A stretch of 63,520 nt of DNA from a virus, in IMG/VR virus record IMGVR_UViG_3300030613_000001, positions 1-63,520 of that record, one strand, 5' to 3'. The position numbers and the translations under genes were made by a program. Below the pieces are notes generated by a model, which was given only the letters and a program-made list of their open reading frames with translations, did not search any database and was not told the DNA's origin. Positions 30,101 through 39,100 of this stretch are shown here, piece by piece. Position 1 is the stretch's first letter. Each line of letters starts with the position of its first letter.

Positions 30101-33100
30101 ACCACCCCGCGCGCCGTCACCTTGAACAGGTTCACGATCGCATCCAGGAAGTCGGCCACCGTGTCCAGGATCCGCTTGAGCGATCCGCGATGCTCCTTGC
30201 GGTCGGCGAGCTCCTGCCGGATCCAGTTCGCCCGGTCCTCCTTGCCGCCGATGTCCTTCGGGTTCTTAGGCTCCCACCGGCCGGCCGCGGCCTCCTGCCG
30301 GATCTTGTTCCGCAGGGCCACGATGTCGTCCTTGGCGAGGATCCCGGCGTCCTCCATCCAGTGCACGGCTTCGTGCTGCAGCACCCAGGCGTTGGTGCCC
30401 GCCCCGCGCACAAGCCGCACGACCCCGCGTCGGCGCACGTAGGCCCCGGCGGCCTTGTACTCGCCTGCAGGCTGCTTCGTGCCGAAATAGGCGTCCACCG
30501 TCGCCTGGTCCACGGAAACATGCTCGACGCTGTGCACGTAAAGCTGCCGCCCGGCCATGGTGGTGATCCAGATCCCGCCATCGTCCTGCGTGATCTTCTG
30601 CCCCGGAAACACCGCCTGCACGTCTTCAAGAGGGATGTCATTGCCGGCGATTTTTTTGCCAGGCTCGATCGCGTATTCCTCTTCTCCGGCGCCGGCCGCG
30701 GGGATTTCCGCCGCCGCCTCTTCCGCCTCGGGCGTCTCCGCCGGACCTTCGCCTTCCGTGTCCACCTTCGTCATACTCAGCAGACCGTCCAGCGCATTGC
30801 CCTCGCCCGCCTCTTTGCTAACCTGGGACGGTATTTTTTTAAGCTCTTCCTCGATTGCGTGCAGCCGTTCCTCGGCCTCTTTAAGCTCGGCGGCCTGGCC
30901 GAACGGCCGCGTCGCTATTTTCTTGAACTCGCCCAGGTCCTTGCGCATCTGCTCGATGTGCTTTTCGGTGTTCGCGGGCCGCTCGTTGATTCGTGCGATC
31001 TCGTTTTCGAGCGAGCTCAGCAGCCCGCCCATCTTGTTGACGGCGCGTTTGATTAGAAAATCTTCGCCCTTGCGGCCAAACCCCACGGCGATATCGAACC
31101 CGGATAATTTATATTCATTGATTTCATGCAGTTTGTCGTAGGCTATGAGTTCTTTTTTCCGCTGGTCTATATTGGAATATCCGTTTTTGTTTGTATAAAC
31201 CGGACGGATGCCGACCTGCACATTGTGCCTGTGCGCGGTGAAGTTGAAATGCATCACCGGGCGGTTTTCCTTGTAATCCGCCCATTCCGCTGTGGTCATT
31301 GTCGTCGGCAGCTTCTTCTGTTCGGTCGTCTCAAAAGCAACAAGCGCCTCGTTTAGCGCCTTGCGGTCGGCCGGTTTCCCGCGCACCACGAACTCGGCAA
31401 GTTTACCGCCAGGGATGGTGCGCTCAAGCTCCGCCGTCTGGTCTTTTTCTTCTTTAAGTGCCGTCTCCCAGTTCGGTATCCGGTCCCCTTCGAGTTCGCC
31501 CGCCTGGCGCCGCGCCATGGAAACCTCATGCTCCCAGCGCAGGCGCGCCCGCCGCAGCTTCTTCACCTTCAGATCGACGTCGGTCTTTTCAAACACCAGG
31601 GGGTTGCCGGAGAAAGCCGCCATCATTTCGGCAAGGCTTGCCTGCTCTTCGCTCAACGGATCGTCGAACTCGCGGCCCTCGATGTCGCCCACCAGCATCT
31701 GATCGATGAAGCGCTGCTTTTTCGTCAGCCGGTCGTACATCACCGAGTCAAGGGTCGCGCGCACCCCGTAGTTGTAAATCCGCACCTTGGGGTTGCTGTT
31801 TCCCTCGCGCACAATCCTGCCGTTTCTCTGCTCGATGTCCATCGGCCGCGGCGGCACGTCCACGTGGTGCGCGGCGTACAGCAGATCCTGCATGTTGACG
31901 CCCACGCCGAGCTTCTGGCTGCTGCCGATCACGACCCGCACCGCACCCGAGCGCACCCGGTCGAACAGCGCCTCGCGTGCCGCGTCTCCCTTTGCATCGG
32001 TCACGACCGCCACTTCTTCCTTGGGGATACCCTGCTCGATCAGCTTGGCGCGGATGTCCTCGTAGGCGTTGAAACGCCCGGTGCTGTCGCGGTAGCTGTC
32101 CAGAAACACCACCTGCGTCGAGCGGTTGCCGGCGGTCCCCTTCCACACCTCGAAGACGTTCTTGACCACCTGGTTGAGCTTGCTGTCCGGGTGGTCGTCG
32201 TTCCTCGCGTTCACCAGGCGCATATCCACCGCGGCCTTTTTGGCAAGCCCGAAGAGCACGAGCGGCACGTGCCGGTTCTTCATCTTCTCCTTACCGGACA
32301 GATGGTCCCACTGCTCGCGCGCAGCCCTGATCTGGTCGATGAACCGGTTTAGCTGGGGCGTGCGCTCGACCGTCACGAATTCGGGTTTCCCGCCGGCGAT
32401 GTCCGGCAGTTTCAGCCCGGCGTCGCGGGTCAGCTGCACGTCGGCCGCGGTGCGCCACATGGTGAGCAGCTCCAGGCCGTTCACGTACTTGTTGAAGCGC
32501 TCCACCTCGCGGTAGGTTCCGGTCTCGGTTTCCTCGAGGGCCGTCTGTGTCCGGCCGAAGGTCGCCGCAAAATCGTCGAACAGCTCGATCCCGTAGTCTT
32601 CCAGCAGGTCCGGCCGCACGTAGCGCACGATCGTCCAGAGTTCGGCCGTGGTGTTCGATATCGGGGTCCCGGTCGCAAGGATCACGTTCTTGCCGCCGGT
32701 TTTGCCCTGCACGTAGCGCGCCTTGAGGAAAAGCGATGTCGAGCGCTGGGAGGCGCCGCTGTCGATTCCCTTCACCTTCGCCATCTTGGTGAAGAACTCG
32801 CTTCTCTTATAGGCGTGCGCCTCGTCCACCAGGAGCGCGTCGATTCCCATCTGCTCGAACGGTATGGCCTTGTCCTTCCTCCGGTCGAGCGCTTTTTCCA
32901 GGCGCGTCTCCTTGCGCTGCTTTAACGCCTCGAGATCCTTTACCGTCCAGTGGTCGGCGCCCTCGTCCTCGGCTTCGGCCAGCGCGGTATTGATCATGTC
33001 GATCTGCTCTCGGATGAAAGCCGCCTCGCGTTCGGGGTCGTCGGCGATCCCGTCGAAAAAGCTGTGCGGCATCACGATTGCGTCCCAGTCGCCGGTGGCC

Positions 33101-36100
33101 ATCTGCGAAAGCAGCCGCTGCCGGTAGCGTGCCGCGCGCTGTTTTTCGTCCGGGATCAGGACACGGGCGCCGGGGTAAAGCCGGTTGAAAGCCTTGCGGT
33201 ATTGCCCGATCGTGGAATTCTGCACCACGATCAAGGGCTTCTTCGCCGTTCCCACTCGGCGCATTTCCATGGCCAGGCTGATGAAGGAGTAGGTCTTGCC
33301 GGTGCCCACCCCGTAGGAAAAGATCGTGCTCTCGCGCAAGCCGCGCGCCACGAACCGCTTTTGCAACGGACGCAGCTTGATCTGCGGGTTGGCTCCCGGG
33401 AAGTGCTCGATCCTGGGGTTGGTCTGCGCGCGCAGCACGTGCCCGTTTTTTTCTTCGTTGTAGATCTCGGCAAGATCCTTCTTCCAGCGCTCATGCGCCC
33501 GGGCCCAGCGCAGAAACTCTTCCTGGATCTCTTCCTGCTTGGCCTGGGCCGCCTCGGTCGCCTCGACGTCCTTGACGGTCCGGCGCACGCCGTCGTCTAT
33601 CTCCGTGTAAGTGACCTGCGGACGCTTTAGGTTAAGCGCGTCGGCCACGAGATCGGAGCCGCTCATCCCGCCGGCGCCCCAGGTCTCGCGGTTAAGCGCC
33701 GCGTACTCGCCGTTGGTCACCTCCATGTGCCAGCGGCTCATCTCGTTGTTCTTGCTGAAGGCCGCCCGTGCATCGACCCCCATGGTCTCTTTTAAAAAAT
33801 CCTGGATGGATTCGGCCGGAAGCCACGGGGACCCCAGCTTGAAGTGGATAAACTCGATGTCGACCGCAGCCGGCTGCACCGCTTCGAGTGCCTTGACGTT
33901 GCCGGCGTACTCCGGGTTGTCCTCGGCTGCCGCCTGGGCGGCTTTCAGCTTCTTCTTGACATTGCCGGAAAGGTAGGCGTCGGGCGCTTCGAGCAGCCCG
34001 GTCTGCGGGTTTAAGAAGGCCAGGCCCTTGGTCACGAGTTCGGTGCGCACGTCGGTCTCGTCACGGCCGATCAGTTGCGCGATGTAACCCGTGTCCATCC
34101 CCGCGCGATAGACCTCGGATAGCGAAACGGCGTCCTCGATGTTTTCGGCCGTCGTGGGTTCGACAAAGGGGTAGATCGTGCGCTTGGTGAAGGTGTCGCT
34201 CTTGGTGAAGGTCTTTACCTTGCGGTTGGTCGGCTGGCCCTTGTTCTTGCCGCTTTTGACCGTATCGGCCACGATGGCCACTTCCTCGTTTTCGAGGGAG
34301 TCGACCACCGGGAACTCGATATCGATCTTCTTTAAAAAGCTGTTGGAGGTATCGCCGATGTAGCCGTAAAGGCGCACGTATTCGTCGTAGGAGCGGTTCA
34401 GCTCGGCGCGCAGGGTGGCAAGTTCCGCGTCGGTTGCCTCGTGCGTGTTGCTGCGTTCGATCAGGGTCTTGTGGGCCGACTTGATCTTCAGGTACTGGGC
34501 GGCGCGGGCCTTGCGGCTTGCGCTCGCAAGTGCCGCGACCTCTTTCCCCTTGGAGTCGATCAGGGTCGGGGCGACAAGCTTCCCCTCGGTGACCATGTAG
34601 ATCTCGCCGTCGCGCTCGATCAGGGCGCCGTCCGGGTCCCCGCGCTCGGCGTACTTCACCGGGCCGGCCGCCGCCTCGGCCGCCTGGCCCTCGCCCATGA
34701 TGTTCTCGGGGAAACGGCCGACCGCATGAATCAGTTGCAGGTTGAAGTCGTTCCGGTCGCCGAGCGGCTCCACCGTGTATTCATTATCGGAGTACATGGT
34801 GCCCTGGGTGGAGTGCTTGCCGAGCACCATCTCAGGGTGTTTCACGAAATACTCGTTCACGAACGCCTTGCCGTCTTTGCCGATCGCAATCTCTTCGGCC
34901 ACCCGGAAATCCTGGGCGAGCCCGTAGCTCGATGCATCTTTCTTGCGGAACACCAGGATGTCGGTCACGACCTCGGTGCCGGCGTTCTTCTTGAACGCAT
35001 TGTTCGGCAGCCGGATCCCGCCCACGAAATCCGCTTTCTTGGCGAGCTCCGCGCGGATCTCGCCGTTGGTTGCGGCGTCCAGGGTAAAGTGGCTGGTGAT
35101 CGCAACCACCAGGCCGCCCGGCCGCACCGCGTCGAGTGAGCGGCCGAAGAAATAGTTGTGGATGCTCCATTTCTCGTATTGCTTGCGTTTGGGATCGAAA
35201 ACCGAGAATTTGCCGAAGGGGAAATTCGAGATCACCAGGTCCTGGGTGTTGTCTCCCAGTCCGCGCGCCTTCTCGAAACCGCTGATTTGCACGCGCGCCT
35301 GCGGGTAAAGCTTGGTCAGGATCTTGCCGGTAATGGCATCGAGCTCGACCGCGTTGACCCTTGACTTTTCCGCAAGCGTTTCGGGCATCATGCCGATGAA
35401 ATGCCCGACGCCGGCGGCAGGCTCGAGTACCGCTCCGCCCTTGAACCCCAGGCGCGCGACCATGGCCCACATGCGGGTGATCACGTCGCGGTCCGTGTAG
35501 TGGGCGTTTAACGTCGAGGCGCGCGCGGCGTCCCACTCTTCTTGGGTGAGGGCCCCGCCCAGCGCTGGGTGCAGTTTTTTTCCGTACTTGGATTTCCAGG
35601 TGTTGAATTTGTCGAGCGTGCCGGTCTGCCAGAAGGTCCGCTCGGGGGTCCTGCGGCCCGCGGCAAAATCGTCCAGGGGGCGGGTGTATTCCTCGTTGAA
35701 GATTTTTTGCGCAAAGGCGCCCCACCCCACGTACTGGGCGAGCACCTTCTTTTCTTCGGGGGATGGGTTGCGGTTTTCGGCGTAAAGGCGATTGACAAGC
35801 TCGATGGCCTTGATATTGGCCTTGATCTTGCCTTCGTCGCCCGGGGCGATCAGCTCGTCATCGGGAGCAATGACGTGGTTGCGGTCCTCGGGAGCTAACT
35901 CAACAGGGCGTCGAGTATCTTCTCCCGCTCGCTTTCCGGCAGCGGCTTCGGGGGATTCGAGGAGAGCGCCGGTCCGTCCGCCGGCGCCACGATCCGGGCG
36001 AGCACCAGTTCGTCCGCCTCGGTGCGGTCGATTCCCTGTTGCAGCAGCCGCACCTGCTCCAGGCTCGCCACTTGCAGGTTGCGCAGCAGCTCCGCCTTCA

Positions 36101-39100
36101 GCTTCGCCGGGGATTTCTCGAACAGGTTCTTCACCCGCTGCGGCTGGTTGTCCAGCAGCCAGATCAGCCGCGCTTCGTACATCGGATCGCTTTGCGGGTT
36201 CTCGATCTCCAGGCTCGAGGACTCGACCTGGTTCAGATCCTTCAGGCTCAAAGCTTTCATCGGCCACCTCCTTGGTTGGTGGTGACGTTTGTTCAATTAT
36301 AACGCTTTCCGGGGGTTTTTCAAGAGTTTTCTTCCCCGTCAACGTAGCCGTGGCGTCTGTCTTAGGCTTTGCGCTCAGCTTGATCGCATGAAATTTACCA
36401 TTGCGGTCGCTCAGATCCAGCCGGTCCAGGGTGATCTCCTGGCCGCTGAAACGCTTGTCTCCGGCGTATTCCTTGCCCTTTCCGGGCATCACATAGGCGA
36501 TCGTGACGTGCGGCTTATAATCCTTGTGTGTCTCGCCCGGGGCCTTCTCGGTTTCGCCTACCAGCCGGTTTGCCCGGTCGAGGTCGGGGCTCGTGACGTC
36601 GGCCTTGACGACATCGTACTTCTCGCCCGCAAAAATAGAGACGTCACCGAGGGTTGCCTTGATGGGCCCGAAACCTTTGAACGCCTTCCGCAGGTTCTCC
36701 GGGGAATCGGTCGCAAGCCCATAGCGCACCGTTACGTGGGGTTTCTCCTCGCGCCCATAGCCATCCGTGTCCGCCGGATCTACATAGAGATCTTCGTCCG
36801 GGATCTCGCGGGCGAAGTCCCTGATGGAATCCGCCACATCCGCCGGCATGTCCACCTGGGTGCTGCTGTAATCGTGAGCGATCGGTATCTGCTCTTCAGA
36901 TTTCGCTTCGGCGGCTGGAACCGCCTTCTTTCCCGTCAACGTTTCCACCGCGCGGGTCTTGTGTTTTTCAGGAATCGCCGCCGCGGGGACGGACTCCCGG
37001 GCCGCCTCACCTTCCAGGCCCTCGCCGGCCCTCGGCCGCAGAACGAATCCACCCTCCACCGCGGCGACATCGTGAGAGCCTTCGAGTTTCTTGCCCCGCC
37101 GCGCAAAACGCGCCGCATTCGCGTTTTTGTATGGCTGGCCATCCTTGTTGAGAATGTCGCCCTGAGGGATCGGTTTGCCGGGCAGCGTCGCCGCCGCGAC
37201 TTCAGCGACTTCCTCCTTGCCGATCAGACTCTCTATCTCTTTCCGGCTGTACGGGCCGCGCCACCCGCTGACTTTCTCTATGGTAATCGGAGCGGACACC
37301 CATTGCGGCTTGTCATCCGCAGCGATGTACCATCCGCCGGTTTTGGTCCGGGCGTCTTCCTGGAACGCCTGCTCGTCTTGAGATATGTAACTCTCCGGGA
37401 TTACCCGCGGTCTTCCGGTCAGCGTCGCTACTGCATCGGTCCTGGGCTTTTCGGACTGGTCTCTTTCCTGCTGCAAACTGTCCGTGATGCCCGGGTACTC
37501 GTCGAGCACCTCCTGCGGCACGGGCTTGTCTTCACGCAAAGCATTGAGCACCCGGACGTAGTGGTTGGCTCGCGCCAGACGTTCTTGCCCTTTAAAACGG
37601 GCAGCGTCGCGCCACTTGATGATAACCGCCGCCTGCGCGTGCTTGTTGGGCATGGAGACGTTTTCGCCGATCGTGCGCGCGATCTCACGCAGCGAATCGG
37701 CATGCTCGCGCTCGGCCAGGGACTCGATTGTGTCATCTGAGATCCGGCGGCGTATGTCGATCGACCGGGCGATCCTACGGGCACGCTCTTCTTTTGTGCC
37801 GGATTTCGGGATGCCCATGACGATGGCGAGCTGCTCAATCTCTTTATTGGAACGGTCCTTAACCTGCGCGTAGTCGATATTTTGCGGATCGAGCGCCAAG
37901 ATCGACTTGGCGGGAACCTTGAGCGCATCGGGGTGTCCTTTCCTAAACTCCCGGGGAGTCATCTGCCATGGTTCTTTTTTCTCGGCAGTGTCGGTTTTTA
38001 CCGCTTCCGCGGCCTGCGGCTGTACGACCTCGGCGGCTGACACCGGTGGTGCTTGTCCCTGCATAGGGGAAGGCGAGATCGTTGAACCTTGGGCCTCTAA
38101 TGCAGTCGCCCCGGCAAGCCACGGCGCCGCTGCTTCCACGGGTAGAGTTTCGGTCTTTTGCGCGGTTTCCGCCTGAGGAAGAGCTTCCGCCGCCGCTGCT
38201 TCCTCCACCGCCACCACGGAAGCCTGCCGCATCGGGGCGGATCGGCCGGTCAAAAGCTTGCGGATATCGGTCTTCTTCCGCTCCGGGGCTTTTGCCTGGG
38301 CGGTTACGTCCTCGCCGGTGGCGCCGATCGGCGGCGCCTTCTCTTCCGTGGGAGCGGCCTCCAGCCGCGATTCCTCGATGTCCTCCGAAATGGCCCTGCC
38401 CTGCAATACCGCCTGCAGCGCCCCCTCGCGCCAGCGCTCGGCAAGCCCCTTGTCCACCCGACCTAATTCGTCCGCCACGGCACCCACGGCCGAAAACCGG
38501 TCTTCCGCACCGGCATCTGGGTCCATCAGCGCGTCCCGGACCTGCCCGGTGCGCAGCTTGTGCACCCCGCCGCCGACAGCGCCGAAGATCAGGCTCGCCA
38601 CCCCGATCTGACCGAAATTCTCCTTTACCGCACCCCAGAACCGTTCGTCGCCCACCTTGTAGGTGTGCTCGATCTCGGCCTGGGTGCCCACGTTGACAAG
38701 CTCGCCCGCCGTCTCCGTCCCGGTCACCGCAAGACCGCGCTTGGCCGCCTCGGACCAGGAGGACGAAATCAATCTCTTGATACCGTCCTTCGCCGCCGCC
38801 TTGGCCGGCTTGGTGAGCACACCGCCCATTCCGACGGTAGCAAGCTCCAGGGCGTCCGTAAAAAACTCGAACCCCGCCTCGGAGGCCCCCATCAAAAGCG
38901 CCGCGTGCTGCGCCTCGTCCTTTGGAACCCCTTTCTTGACGTATTCGTCATAGGACTGCTGGTACTGCGCAAGGCCAAAGAGCGGCGCCCCCATGATGTA
39001 GCCGAGTGCCGCTCCGGCGGCTCCGCCCGTCGCAGCACCGAGCGCCACCGTGGGAGCCGCCACCCCCAGGGAGGTAACGGCCGACTCAACCCCGCCCGTC

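Noticed and set aside
28585-31056. An 823-aa ORF on the + strand, plus many other 100-500-aa ORFs antisense to or out of frame with the giant gene and other real genes (for example 18308..19243, 57889..59445, 36289..37740, 47984..49030)
   Set aside because: Their translations are Arg/Pro/Gly/Ala/His-rich low-complexity text with no motifs and no SD. Long spurious ORFs are expected on the non-coding frames of GC-rich coding DNA. In each case the overlapping frame has clear motifs and GC3-rich codons.
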